Part shown: positions 18,084 through 27,763 of the stretch, piece after piece
How positions within the stretch are numbered: the stretch's first letter is position 1
Layout of the letters: every line of letters begins with the position of its first letter
Source: a virus
Lineage: Duplodnaviria; Caudoviricetes
Strand: one strand, 5' to 3'
Virus record (IMG/VR): IMGVR_UViG_3300020045_011589
Span: 1 to 59,322 of that record
Length of the DNA: 59,322 nucleotides
Program-made: the position numbers and the translations under genes
The notes under the pieces: model-generated
Database searches by the model: none
Seen by the model: the letters and a program-made list of their open reading frames with translations, nothing else
Told to the model about the DNA's origin: nothing

Positions 18084-18817
18084 TAGAATGTTGAGATTCT
18101 TGGGACGCTCTCGTCACTTATATTTATAGATGGAGTGGCACTGGCGCTCTCGCTCCCACTTCCAGTATCCCCCTGTGTCGCAAGGGTAAGCATAAGAGCT
18201 GCGGCATCAGCTCCGCTTCCAGTGTCCGATATACTCTTTGGTGTAGGAGGTAGGTTAAGGTCAAGATTACTGACAGAACCATCATAAGATACTACAGCCT
18301 CATTATTGAAGCCATGAGCATATCGCCATTTTACCGTACCAAAACCTGCGCGTGATAAAGGAGAGCCGGTCACATGAGTTGTTCTTCCTGAATCGGTATA
18401 AATACCCATAGTGACAATATCATTTCCTGCTGTTCTGGACAGTGAGCAATAATATGTAGTACCTGCCACCAGGACGTATCCTGTGGCGGTTGCTGCTGTC
18501 AAATTTCCTCTATAAATAAACGCCCGATAACCCCCAGCCTCACGATTGAAGTGTGCAGATAGGTCTGTCGCGGCGAACCCCGTTACCCCATCGACAACGT
18601 TTGAGAGTGATATACCACCGACACAGCCGAGAGCAGCGCTTGAGGTTATCACCATTTCCCAGGTAACTGTTAGAGCGTCAAAGGCATCTGCCCCAAAATC
18701 ATAATAGACATATGCATCTACCGAAGCACATGTCGAGACAGTGATACTGCTTGCAGCGACTGTTAAATCAGACGAAGGGTCTACTTCTGTGTATGTTGTA
18801 AAATCTTGCGCCGACAT
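18083..18817 (-). CDS. Virion protein, lectin-like beta domain + DTGSG repeats
   Basis: Beta-rich sequence; shares the repeat motif with its neighbour. Confidence 0.55.
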   Translation of the reverse strand: MSAQDFTTYTEVDPSSDLTVAASSITVSTCASVDAYVYYDFGADAFDALTVTWEMVITSSAALGCVGGISLSNVVDGVTGFAATDLSAHFNREAGGYRAFIYRGNLTAATATGYVLVAGTTYYCSLSRTAGNDIVTMGIYTDSGRTTHVTGSPLSRAGFGTVKWRYAHGFNNEAVVSYDGSVSNLDLNLPPTPKSISDTGSGADAAALMLTLATQGDTGSGSESASATPSINISDESVPRISTF

Positions 18818-18827
18818 AATTAGACTC

Positions 18828-19415
18828 CTATGATAGTGTTATATCAAGCGTCAGTTGCCATACTTGTCCGGAAGCCTTAGTCCCTTGAGCACTAACTTTT
18901 CGATTCAAGTTTTTTGCTGCTGTACTGTTGCCGTTGGCTACGGTAAATTCATTCCAAGCATAATTCGCCTGAGTTGAGCCAAACTCCGAACGCCAAGTGG
19001 CTTTTTGAGCAGTCCCGTAAGTTGGATATGCTGCTGACATAGCAACATATTTTTGCAGGGTGCTGCCTGCCTTTAATGCTATCTGAGTCGATGATGCTGT
19101 TTGCGTGCTACTACCAACTCCTAAATATGCAGCTGTACTATTGAACTTTGTTCCACTACCACTACACATTAGCGTCCATAGCTCGTTAATTCCCTCATTT
19201 AATAAAACATTTCCAGTCACTTGAGATTGCTGGGGCGACCCAAACATACTTTTTGCTTCTGTATCATTGTATATTTTTTGGTTCTTAGCATCATCAGCGC
19301 TTGCATAACGAGTTATTTTCCACTCTGCTTTCTCCGTGAGATACTCCTTAATGCCCGATGCCGCAATAATTCCCACCAAACTCTGCCCCTTACCATATTC
19401 TTGTGCGTTCATCAT
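18828..19415 (-). CDS. Conserved phage structural protein
   Basis: GNVLLNEG, YLGVG, ANYAWNEF, LNRKV, GTKASGQVW. Confidence 0.65.
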   Translation of the reverse strand: MMNAQEYGKGQSLVGIIAASGIKEYLTEKAEWKITRYASADDAKNQKIYNDTEAKSMFGSPQQSQVTGNVLLNEGINELWTLMCSGSGTKFNSTAAYLGVGSSTQTASSTQIALKAGSTLQKYVAMSAAYPTYGTAQKATWRSEFGSTQANYAWNEFTVANGNSTAAKNLNRKVSAQGTKASGQVWQLTLDITLS

Positions 19416-19543
19416 TCTTCATCTCCCTCTATCTTTTCGATTTGTTTCTTTACGTTTTCTGCCGATTCCACGAACTTCTTTGCGAGTTCTATGGGGATTT
19501 CTCGGAATGCATTTTTTACGGGATCAAACATTGTAATAACCAT
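19412..19543 (-). CDS. Small hypothetical protein (43 aa; not in ORF track)
   Basis: AGGAGGAG RBS; MVITMFDPVKNAFREIP...; stop overlaps the next start. Confidence 0.6.
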   Translation of the reverse strand: MVITMFDPVKNAFREIPIELAKKFVESAENVKKQIEKIEGDEE

Positions 19544-19636
19544 TTTATAATCTCCTCCTTGATAAAAATTTCAGTACTTAAAGTCTTTAGTTCGTTTGCT
19601 TATATCTTCTTGGTCTATTTGCGGCATTTATCCATC

Positions 19637-19981
19637 TTAATAACTCGCTGATATCCAAACACTAGCAGTTTCACTTGATGCTGCTGTAACAATAGCTGCT
19701 CTAACATAAGTATATGGGGCACTTGAAAATGTCCTTATATCACCTGATACCTGACCTCCAGAGGTAGCCCAAGTTACTAAAGTTTTCCAACTACTACTGC
19801 CACCACTTATAGAGCCTTGTAGCTGAATTGCATAACCTCTAGTTGTAGCAGTTTTGACAACTTCTATTCCAAAATTATCAAATCCACCACCTAATGGAAA
19901 TTCAATACCAGTACCAGTACTTGCGGCTGATGTATGTGCTCTCATTTCAGGCAATAAATATGCCCTTCTACTTCTTGCCAT
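19637..19981 (-). CDS. Ser/Thr-rich virion protein
   Basis: IQLQGS...W..L...YVRA beta-sandwich pattern; in the head operon. Confidence 0.55.
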   Translation of the reverse strand: MARSRRAYLLPEMRAHTSAASTGTGIEFPLGGGFDNFGIEVVKTATTRGYAIQLQGSISGGSSSWKTLVTWATSGGQVSGDIRTFSSAPYTYVRAAIVTAASSETASVWISASY

Positions 19982-19984
19982 TGT

Positions 19985-20314
19985 TTACTCCTTTAATTTT
20001 TCTATTAATTCCTCTTTAGATACACCAACAGACCTTAAGCCCTGTTCTTTGGCTATCTTTTGCAATTCTTTATAGCTTAAGTCCTCTAGGTTGGCAGCTT
20101 TTACCTCGCCACTATCGACTAATTTTTGGGCCTTTCCGTTGGTTATTTCAGAGATTTCTACTATTCGTCTATGTTCAATGAGGGATGTGATAATCCGTGA
20201 GCGCTTACCGGGTTCTGGTAATTCTTTTATAAAATCTTCTTCAGTTATTTGTGAACCTCGTTCAAAAGGTTCCTCTTTCGTCGCAAACCGGACTTGTTTT
20301 AACACGCAATACAT
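19985..20314 (-). CDS. Protein with C-terminal Rho-N/HeH-like domain
   Basis: LEDLSYKELQKIAKEQGL...SKEELIEKL. Confidence 0.65.
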   Translation of the reverse strand: MYCVLKQVRFATKEEPFERGSQITEEDFIKELPEPGKRSRIITSLIEHRRIVEISEITNGKAQKLVDSGEVKAANLEDLSYKELQKIAKEQGLRSVGVSKEELIEKLKE

Positions 20315-21225
20315 TACTTATCCCCCTTGGTTTCTTTTTTCTCTGGTATTTTATCTTCTTTGAGTGAGCGAACACTTGAATAACCTCTTGGCCCTAGATT
20401 CATGCCATATTTGGCATTTTCCAATGCTCCACCAAGTTGCTGTTCTTGAGCTAAGAGATTTTGCGCTTGATTTTGCGCTTGAATCCTTTGATTCCTAGCC
20501 TGATTTACTCTTTCCTCAAGCTCTTCTATTCTTTTAAGAGACTTAGTAAATCCCCTGGTAACTTCATCATAACCGTATTGATAACCGCTCATTAAAAGAT
20601 CAGATTGTTTTGGTAGAAAAACTTTTATTCCTTGACCTCTAGCCCAGCCCAAATAAAACTCACATGATGGTCTTTGATGACCGTATTCTTGATCTTGAGC
20701 CATATTAACCCCCCAAATATAGATTTCTTTATATCCTAAAGCGACCGCTAAGGCTATCTGCCAAGAAACCGTATTTGTGAAATATTGCCTATCATATTCG
20801 CTAGGAATATCAGCACACATTCCCTCACCAAAGTTATCAAAGATTCTTAATATGTCTTCACGAGGATATTCTATTGAATTAGGAATATCCGGGTGTTTTT
20901 GCCACATAATAACTGGACAGGGTAACTCAGCTAAAGCTTTAGCATGGTTTGGATCTCTAGTCGTTGGAACGCTGCCATGTAATTGAAACCAAGCGTTTGC
21001 TCTTTTAGCCAATATCGGCATTTCCATGTAAAGTTCATTAAGAGGCCAAATATCCATGTCCATATCAAGCCGAGCTTCATTTCTTGAGTCTGGCGCAAAT
21101 CCAATAATCCCTACACGCTCTGATTTTTTAATCGATTGTATCGGGTGTTGTTGTTGATTTTTTTGCTCTTCCAAAATTTCTGATGATGTTTTTAATGCTT
21201 TTTTGTTTAATTTTTGATTTTCCAT
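20314..21225 (-). CDS. Maf/DUF115- or sialyltransferase-like putative glycosyltransferase
   Basis: VGIIGFAP...IWPLN...NTVSWQIALAVALGYKEIYIWGVNM resembles the GxGPS / A..LG.KEI...G.D motifs of Maf/GT29-like folds. Confidence 0.55.
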   Translation of the reverse strand: MENQKLNKKALKTSSEILEEQKNQQQHPIQSIKKSERVGIIGFAPDSRNEARLDMDMDIWPLNELYMEMPILAKRANAWFQLHGSVPTTRDPNHAKALAELPCPVIMWQKHPDIPNSIEYPREDILRIFDNFGEGMCADIPSEYDRQYFTNTVSWQIALAVALGYKEIYIWGVNMAQDQEYGHQRPSCEFYLGWARGQGIKVFLPKQSDLLMSGYQYGYDEVTRGFTKSLKRIEELEERVNQARNQRIQAQNQAQNLLAQEQQLGGALENAKYGMNLGPRGYSSVRSLKEDKIPEKKETKGDK

Positions 21226-21268
21226 AATGCTAGCCTGCCCCCGACAGGCCCAATCCCCCTTTAGATTT

Positions 21269-21886
21269 CTATGTTGTTGTAGATGTGCCTGCTATTGAAG
21301 CAGCGGGTGTATGACTTACTACTACCCATTTAACAGTTGAAGCCCCTAACAAACTAACGCCTTCTCCTCCGCTAGGTAAACTAAATGACTTAATGCCAGT
21401 CCCGCCAGTTGAGGTGATCGTTATTGTCGCAGTAGAAGCCACTCTAATTTTAAAACTAGACGAACTCCCTGATTGAATTAGGGCAATAATATCCTTGCGC
21501 CTGCCCGTAAAGGGTCTAGCAAGATTAAACGACCTAACACCTGGCTTAGTCGACGACAACAAGCTAACACCATAAGCGTTAATTGTTGTCGCAGTAGAAG
21601 ATACCGTCTGAACTGGGACTACACTTCCAGAACTCATAGTTAGTGTCTTGCCGACAGTTATGCCGCTAGTGGCAGTTAAAAGATTGTCAGCTTTCAGTGT
21701 TCCATTGAATGATGAGTTGCCCTGTACCTTAAATGTTCCAGCCACAGTCATATCGGAACTAGCAACTAATGTATTTTCAAAAGATTGGCTGCCTTCAATA
21801 TTAACATTACCTTGAAAAGTAGTATTTCCAACTACAAGCATTCCACCTTTTACATATTTATTCCTAAAATCTTTGTCATATCCCAT
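21269..21886 (-). CDS. Ser/Thr-rich head-associated protein
   Basis: Directly after the major capsid gene; short beta repeats. Confidence 0.6.
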   Translation of the reverse strand: MGYDKDFRNKYVKGGMLVVGNTTFQGNVNIEGSQSFENTLVASSDMTVAGTFKVQGNSSFNGTLKADNLLTATSGITVGKTLTMSSGSVVPVQTVSSTATTINAYGVSLLSSTKPGVRSFNLARPFTGRRKDIIALIQSGSSSSFKIRVASTATITITSTGGTGIKSFSLPSGGEGVSLLGASTVKWVVVSHTPAASIAGTSTTT

Positions 21887-21907
21887 GTCATTCTCCTTTT
21901 ATTAAAC

Positions 21908-21937
21908 GAAAGAGTGCTAAGGGATGCCTAGCACTCT
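21908..21937 (-). terminator. Terminator after major capsid gene
   Basis: AGAGTGCTAGG-CATC-CCTTAGCACTCT followed by T's. Confidence 0.7.
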
Positions 21938-21950
21938 CCGTATTGTTTAA

Positions 21951-22916
21951 TTACGATACGCAGTTGCTGAAGAATACACCGCAATCAGCAGCTACTACCT
22001 TATGATCCCAAGTAGATTTTATTTCTACTCTGTCAGATGATTCTTTTTCTACTCGGATAGTCCTGATACCTTGACCATAACTATTACCTGCTAGACCTGT
22101 CCAAGCAAAAGTATAACCAGCTGATGGCATTTCTAATGCAGGTGATGGATTGACGTAAAGAAGAAGAGCGTCATTGCTTCCTAAAATATAGCCCATGCTT
22201 TCAGTCGCATCTTCAGCGGCTGTGTTTTGTACAGCGTTAGCAACATAAACATGGTCAACTTCAAGCAATGAAGCCAATAGATCAGTTGTAACGTTTCCTT
22301 TTTGGGTGTATTTGACACGATCAAGAACGTCAGCATGATTTTTTAGCGCCCTGAAAACTTTACGACCGATAACTAAACATGTAGCTAACTGTCCTGTTTT
22401 TTGTAGAATACTATCCACTTGAGCACCAACGTCATCAATCGGTGTACCGGCTACAGTATCCCATAACGCACCAGGTATAATATCGGTAGCAGTAGTAGAG
22501 CCTGTCCAAACACCTGTTGTGAAGTAGTTAGAAGCCCAATCAGCCTCACGGGTGATTAACATCCTCTGAGTTAAAAACTTAGCTGTACTTCTATCAAGAT
22601 TGATAGGTTGATCAGCATTCGCACGGTCTTGGTCGTCAATGTTCTTATGTTCAGCCCATTCTTCAGCAAAGTATGAGCCTGTAGACATATTCCATCCGCC
22701 ACCGACTGATTCAGTACCACGAGCGCGTCTTTTAGCACCGGCTGTATTCCAATCACCTCGATCGAATGTAAAATATTTATCGCTCTGTTTTGCAACAGGG
22801 ACGATAGGAAAAACTTGCCCAGCTACAAAATTACTAGCATTTTGCACATAGGCGATAGAGACGTTTGTTAAGGGTTGATCTATGTGGATCATACTCCTTG
22901 TTGGTCTTCCTGGCAT
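21951..22916 (-). CDS. Major capsid protein
   Basis: HIDQPLTNVSIAY...FVAGQVFP.VPV.KQSD.Y lambda gpE-like family signature. Confidence 0.9.
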   Translation of the reverse strand: MPGRPTRSMIHIDQPLTNVSIAYVQNASNFVAGQVFPIVPVAKQSDKYFTFDRGDWNTAGAKRRARGTESVGGGWNMSTGSYFAEEWAEHKNIDDQDRANADQPINLDRSTAKFLTQRMLITREADWASNYFTTGVWTGSTTATDIIPGALWDTVAGTPIDDVGAQVDSILQKTGQLATCLVIGRKVFRALKNHADVLDRVKYTQKGNVTTDLLASLLEVDHVYVANAVQNTAAEDATESMGYILGSNDALLLYVNPSPALEMPSAGYTFAWTGLAGNSYGQGIRTIRVEKESSDRVEIKSTWDHKVVAADCGVFFSNCVS

Positions 22917-23095
22917 AATTGCCCTCCTTAGATTATTTGCATCACCTCCCCCAAGATGACCCCCGGATTAATTAGTAATGGCCCAACGGGGATTCGGGGG
23001 GAATCCGTTCAGCTAAAGTCTCGACTTCTAACCTAGTTAGGCCATAAAAAAAGCCGCCCTAAGGCAGCCCCTTTACAGCTTATATGTGAATATTA

Positions 23096-23506
23096 TTAAG
23101 TTGTGATACCTAAGATATTCATTTGAAGACTACCGATAGAACCGGATGAGCCACCAGCACTTAGCCAAGGCCCTACAATTATATCTCTAGCAACCGCATC
23201 AGATGTTGATGCAATTACTCCAGCTGCACCAATTACTGCGCGACTACCTGGTATAAGAGCAGTAGAACCGCAAACTGCCTTACTAACTCCGCCATTAAAA
23301 ATAGCAATAGAGCAAGCTTCACCAGCTACTGTTGGCGCATCTTGTAGAATCCCCACAATAGGTGTTACTACGTTTGTAGCGTTAGTTGTTCCGGCTGCAA
23401 AGTAGCCCTCAGAGCTTGATGCTTTAACTGCTTTGTATTGTGCAGTAGATAAAGCAGTAGAATTTGCTCTTAGCGATATGTACTTTAAGCTTTGTTCGTA
23501 TCCCAT
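23096..23506 (-). CDS. Capsid cement/decoration protein
   Basis: QYKAVK...GILQDAP..GEA...GVSK; directly upstream of the capsid gene. Confidence 0.75.
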   Translation of the reverse strand: MGYEQSLKYISLRANSTALSTAQYKAVKASSSEGYFAAGTTNATNVVTPIVGILQDAPTVAGEACSIAIFNGGVSKAVCGSTALIPGSRAVIGAAGVIASTSDAVARDIIVGPWLSAGGSSGSIGSLQMNILGITT

Positions 23507-24399
23507 TATTTATCTCCTTTCTCTTCTTTATGTTGTGCGTAAATTTCTTGACCCTCTTTTGTGTCTAATAGAGCGTCCATCGCTTGCTCTTTGCTGATAT
23601 TGTCACGTTTAGCGATTTCATCAGCTTTGGCTTCTAACTTAGATTCAGCATCAGTTTCATTATCGGAACCTGAGCGGCCTAGTTCTTTAGTTAGATCGAT
23701 TTGTGATTGAGCAGATTTTAAAGTTTCACGTAATTGCTTACCAAACTCTTCACCTTGCTCATCAGCTGAACGTAGCATTTTAGCGACTTTTCCAACATCA
23801 CCTAATTTGTCAAGTTCTTTAGCTTCGTCATTGTATTGCTTAGATATACGCAATTCTTTTTCTGATTTAGCTAACTCTTCTGCATCTGCGGCTTTCTTTT
23901 CCAAATCTTCAAACTTTTTAAGAATTTCAGGTGAAGCGCCTTTTAAAACTTCTTCTTCCTTGTCTTCTTTTTTGCCAAGTTTTTCAACTTTAGCTTCCAA
24001 CTCGTCAACTTTGTCGGCTTTCTTTTGCAAATCTTCTATATCTGCAACTTTGCCTTCAAGGTCTTCAAGGTGTTTTTGTACTTCTTCGGGTAGTCCCTTT
24101 ATAACTTCTTCAGTTATAGCCATTTGGCCTCCTTTTTCTATTTCGCCTTTCGGCATATCATCTGGCATTCCCATAAGCGCTTTTATGGCACTCATAGCCG
24201 CTTTGAGCTTATCCATTGATGCGCTACTTATTTTCTTGCCAGCTTTATCAATATTTTCTTTTGGCATATTTTCACCACCTTCACCATTATTTTCTTTATC
24301 CTCATCATGTCTTTTAACTATTAACCAAGTTCTTTTATTGGCCGCAGCGTCAACCCCTGCGACTTTATCGATTTCAAGATCCACTAACTTTTTAGCCAT
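23506..24399 (-). CDS. Capsid scaffolding protein
   Basis: LVDLEIDKVAGVDAAANK N-terminus; long acidic coiled coil; KELG.SG. Confidence 0.75.
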   Translation of the reverse strand: MAKKLVDLEIDKVAGVDAAANKRTWLIVKRHDEDKENNGEGGENMPKENIDKAGKKISSASMDKLKAAMSAIKALMGMPDDMPKGEIEKGGQMAITEEVIKGLPEEVQKHLEDLEGKVADIEDLQKKADKVDELEAKVEKLGKKEDKEEEVLKGASPEILKKFEDLEKKAADAEELAKSEKELRISKQYNDEAKELDKLGDVGKVAKMLRSADEQGEEFGKQLRETLKSAQSQIDLTKELGRSGSDNETDAESKLEAKADEIAKRDNISKEQAMDALLDTKEGQEIYAQHKEEKGDK

Positions 24400-24875
24400 T
24401 ACTCCCGCTTTCCTTTTCCCTCCATTGAAAATCCATTACGATCGCCATTTTCAACTTTGGTAAAATAGTCCTCATTCCAAATAACACCCATTAGCCAAGT
24501 ACCAGCCTTGACTACTTGTCTATCAACAACAAAATCAGCCGGTGCTATATAGCTTTCAACAACATCGCCTAAATTATTATCAAATTCGGTATTAACATGC
24601 ATATCGTTAAGACCTGCACCCTTAGATATGTCCTCATAAATATCAGTAATATCAAGCGTCACTTTGTCATCAGCTTTTATAATTGCGTCAAGAATGGATA
24701 AAGCAGATTTTGTTAATTGGCTATTGCCTTGTAATTTACGGTTAAATTTCCAACAAACAAGCTCTATTTCATCAGCCGTTGTGTAATCGCCCTGTGAATC
24801 AACTACATCAGGTTCGTAAACAATGCCTAATGTGTATCGTTTTTTATCGTTCTTTTGAATGAATTTGATATCCAT
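24399..24875 (-). CDS. XkdF-like prohead serine protease
   Basis: GIVYEPDVVDSQGD, VVESYIAP, GTWLMG, GFSMEG. Confidence 0.85.
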   Translation of the reverse strand: MDIKFIQKNDKKRYTLGIVYEPDVVDSQGDYTTADEIELVCWKFNRKLQGNSQLTKSALSILDAIIKADDKVTLDITDIYEDISKGAGLNDMHVNTEFDNNLGDVVESYIAPADFVVDRQVVKAGTWLMGVIWNEDYFTKVENGDRNGFSMEGKGKRE

Positions 24876-25003
24876 AAAACTCCTTAAATTAGTCCTTAAA
24901 CGCAAAAAAGAGGGACGCTTATTACAAAGTAAGAGCCTAACTCTTTAACTTAGTAAGTAGCGTCCCTCTAAAAGGTCGTCTTTTAACTAAATATTTTTTA
25001 TAT

Positions 25004-25127
25004 TAACTAAAATTCAATGTTGCAAATTCACCATGATATTTTTTAGCTGCTTTATCGTAAGCCTTAGCATTTACATTCAGTAAAAGGTGTAATTTTACAA
25101 GATTTTGTTAATCCGGCTACTTTCATA
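25004..25127 (-). pseudogene. Remnant of a deleted AP2-domain endonuclease
   Basis: RBS+ATG followed out of frame by AKAYDKAAKKYHGEFATLNFS*, matching the AP2 end of 11568-12449. Confidence 0.65.
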
Positions 25128-25182
25128 TATCCCCCCAAAATAAAAAAACGCCCCTGAAAAGGACGTTTAGAATAGTTATTAG

Positions 25183-25242
25183 ATTTTAGGCAGCGTAAAA
25201 CACCACTGTAAATATTATAACCTACCGCTTAATAAATGTAAA
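25183..25242 (-). promoter_or_regulatory. Head-gene promoter (TTTACA-17-TATAAT) plus shared GGTG.TTTACG.CTGCC motif
   Basis: -35 at 25237-25242, -10 at 25214-25219; motif also present at 43442-43465. Confidence 0.7.
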
Positions 25243-25251
25243 CAACTTTTT

Positions 25252-25446
25252 TTAAGAAACTTTTACAATAGTCTTATATGAATAACTAGCACTTATAGTT
25301 TGAAATCCCCGGCTAACTTCACCATTAACATATAAGGTTATTTCTTTATCATATTGACACCTAACGCTTACATCTCCATTAACATAAGCTATTATACGGT
25401 TACATTTTATACAGCGTAATGGTTGTAAGCTTTGAGTTGAGTTCAT
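25252..25446 (-). CDS. Mu Com-like zinc-finger protein
   Basis: LRCIKCNRII...VRC; typical position after the gpF-like gene. Confidence 0.6.
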   Translation of the reverse strand: MNSTQSLQPLRCIKCNRIIAYVNGDVSVRCQYDKEITLYVNGEVSRGFQTISASYSYKTIVKVS

Positions 25447-26348
25447 TTTTTACCTTTCTTCTGCTGTATTGATTCAGAGCAACGGCATTTTATGTGGAGA
25501 TGAGGGGTCATATCCCCACTAGAATATGGCTTATCTAATTCTGTTATTTGTCCATGCATTGCTAAACAGCGATCACACCTACGGTCGTCAGGGGTAGTAA
25601 GCCAGCGCCGTTCCCACTCCGCCGTATTTATGTAATTTTCTTTAAGCGCTTGATCTAAAATAGCCCTATTACCCTCTTTGGCAGCTATTTGAGTTTCATT
25701 AATTGCTATTGTCTCAGCACGCTCTTTTAGTTTCTTCTGGTAATACTTTGCAACCTGTTTATCAACTTGTTCTGGCGTAAACTTATTGCCGATTTCTAAT
25801 CTAGCTTTAAAATTCTGTACAGCCCTAGCGTCTCTATCTGTTAAGCCGATTAAATTTCTAATCTCTTTAGCCGTCTTTTTAGGCGCTATCCCGTCCTTTT
25901 GACCTCTTAGGATAATCTCTTTAATAGCTTTTTTAGTTTCCTCACCTACATTGGTAATTAGTTGTGCAGCGTTTTGAGCTATCCATTTTTCAGCTTCTAT
26001 ATTTGATAGCGTTAAAGATTGCGTTATCCCTATATCAGGTAGAAATGTTTTGCCGGCAACCTTAGCAGCCTCTTTAAATACTTGTGCTAGTGCTTGATTG
26101 ATTTTATTTAATGCTAAACCAAATGCAGCCCAATCTATTAAATTTTCAGCCGCTTTAAAATTTCCAGCTTTAAGCGCTTTCTCAAGCTTACCTAAGTCGA
26201 TATCCTTTTGAGCCTTAGCGATTGCCTTTAAAAAGTCTTTACGTACGCTAGGAGCCATTTTATCGGCTATGCGATGATACCTTTTATAAGGTTCATCTGC
26301 TTTAGCTAGGAAGTCATTGAAGATTTTAAGTAGTTTAATCTTGTTCAC
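25443..26348 (-). CDS. Head morphogenesis protein (Mu gpF/SPP1 gp7 family)
   Basis: RAETIAINE, W....D.R.C..C...HG, PHLHIKCRCS. Confidence 0.9.
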   Translation of the reverse strand: MNKIKLLKIFNDFLAKADEPYKRYHRIADKMAPSVRKDFLKAIAKAQKDIDLGKLEKALKAGNFKAAENLIDWAAFGLALNKINQALAQVFKEAAKVAGKTFLPDIGITQSLTLSNIEAEKWIAQNAAQLITNVGEETKKAIKEIILRGQKDGIAPKKTAKEIRNLIGLTDRDARAVQNFKARLEIGNKFTPEQVDKQVAKYYQKKLKERAETIAINETQIAAKEGNRAILDQALKENYINTAEWERRWLTTPDDRRCDRCLAMHGQITELDKPYSSGDMTPHLHIKCRCSESIQQKKGKK

Positions 26349-27749
26349 TTAAATAGCCTCTTCTATCTTCTTAACTAATCCTTTGACCGCTTCAACAACT
26401 GTTTCCTCTTTTTCAGCTTCTTCAGCTTTAACCTCAAGATTATCGTCTTCATCAGGGTCTTCATCTGGCTTTAAGGGAAAACTTGCGGCTTCTCTTAGAT
26501 AGTTATCAAGCTCATGGTCATTACTTAAATCAATTCCAGAACCAGATAATGCTTTAATGTATTCACCTAGCTCTTTTAAGTCAGGAGTCTCTATGTCCCC
26601 TGGCACGTATTGTGGTAAATTTTCCAAGCTTCTACCGTTTAACTCGAATAATCTCGGTACGGCATGTCTATTGATAACACTTGCTACCATCTTTAACAAA
26701 GTCCCGATAGCATTAGCAAATAAGTCAGAGTGAGAGCTAGATAATGCAAAGCTTCCAACACTATTTGAACCTAACAAAAGGAATTGAGCTAGTAAGGTCA
26801 TGGCTATACGCTGATCAAATCTTTGAATAATCTGGTTAGTATCAAAATTACGCTTACCGCCCGATGTTAAAAGGCTCAACTCTAATGTTCTGTTTCCGTT
26901 CTCATCGAACTTAGAAGGGAACACAACACCCTCTTGCTCATCACGTTTAATATTTACTGCTATCTTTTTAGCGTTAGCTAATGCAGCCTTTAGCCCTGCG
27001 GGTGCATTAGCATCAGTCCATTCCTCCGGCACAAAAATAACTGGAAGTCCCGCTAGGTCACGCTCAATGCCAATTGACTCAATGGTTTCTATCCTCGATT
27101 TTCTATACCAGCTAATGTATGCTTTTTTGAGCAGTGACATACCTTCCGGGTTGCCTTTTCTTAGGGTTGTTCTAAAAAGTAGCGATTTTTCAATAGGAAT
27201 ATAGCGTCTTATATAATCAGGTGCAGCTGATTGATTCATTCCACGCAAGCTACCGTCTTCATCAAAATCCCAGTTTAATAGACTTTCCTGGTCTCTTACT
27301 GCAAACTTGCGCCAACCTATTTTGCCATCGTTGTATTTACTACGCTTAGATGGCTCGCTACTGGCCCCACTACGGTACTTATAAACAATCTCAAAGTAAC
27401 CAAAACCATGGACAAGTACCCCGTTTATTATCTCAGCTACAGTGTCATCCCAGCTATCGCTAAGATCGTCCTTACATCCCTCTAAGAATAGTTTATTGTC
27501 CTCACCCTCCTTGTCATCAGTTGCCGCTTGCACTCGCCATTCAGCTCGTCTGATAAACATTTCAATTTCATATAAGACAGCACCGATAACTGAATCAGTC
27601 TCAGCCATTTGCTTATATGTTTTATGCCGCATTGAATAGGACAATAGGGGTCTTAATTCTTCTTCATAAATATAGCCGGAGAATTGTTTTAATCCGCTTC
27701 TACCAAGTTCAGCGAAATTATCATATCCTTCTTCTTTTTTTTCTTCCAA
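26349..27749 (-). CDS. Portal protein (DUF935/Mu gp29-like)
   Basis: NPEGMSLL, GIERDLAGLP, LAQFL.LG...GSFALS; follows terminase. Confidence 0.9.
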   Translation of the reverse strand: MEEKKEEGYDNFAELGRSGLKQFSGYIYEEELRPLLSYSMRHKTYKQMAETDSVIGAVLYEIEMFIRRAEWRVQAATDDKEGEDNKLFLEGCKDDLSDSWDDTVAEIINGVLVHGFGYFEIVYKYRSGASSEPSKRSKYNDGKIGWRKFAVRDQESLLNWDFDEDGSLRGMNQSAAPDYIRRYIPIEKSLLFRTTLRKGNPEGMSLLKKAYISWYRKSRIETIESIGIERDLAGLPVIFVPEEWTDANAPAGLKAALANAKKIAVNIKRDEQEGVVFPSKFDENGNRTLELSLLTSGGKRNFDTNQIIQRFDQRIAMTLLAQFLLLGSNSVGSFALSSSHSDLFANAIGTLLKMVASVINRHAVPRLFELNGRSLENLPQYVPGDIETPDLKELGEYIKALSGSGIDLSNDHELDNYLREAASFPLKPDEDPDEDDNLEVKAEEAEKEETVVEAVKGLVKKIEEAI

Positions 27750-27763
27750 GGGGTACTCCTTTT

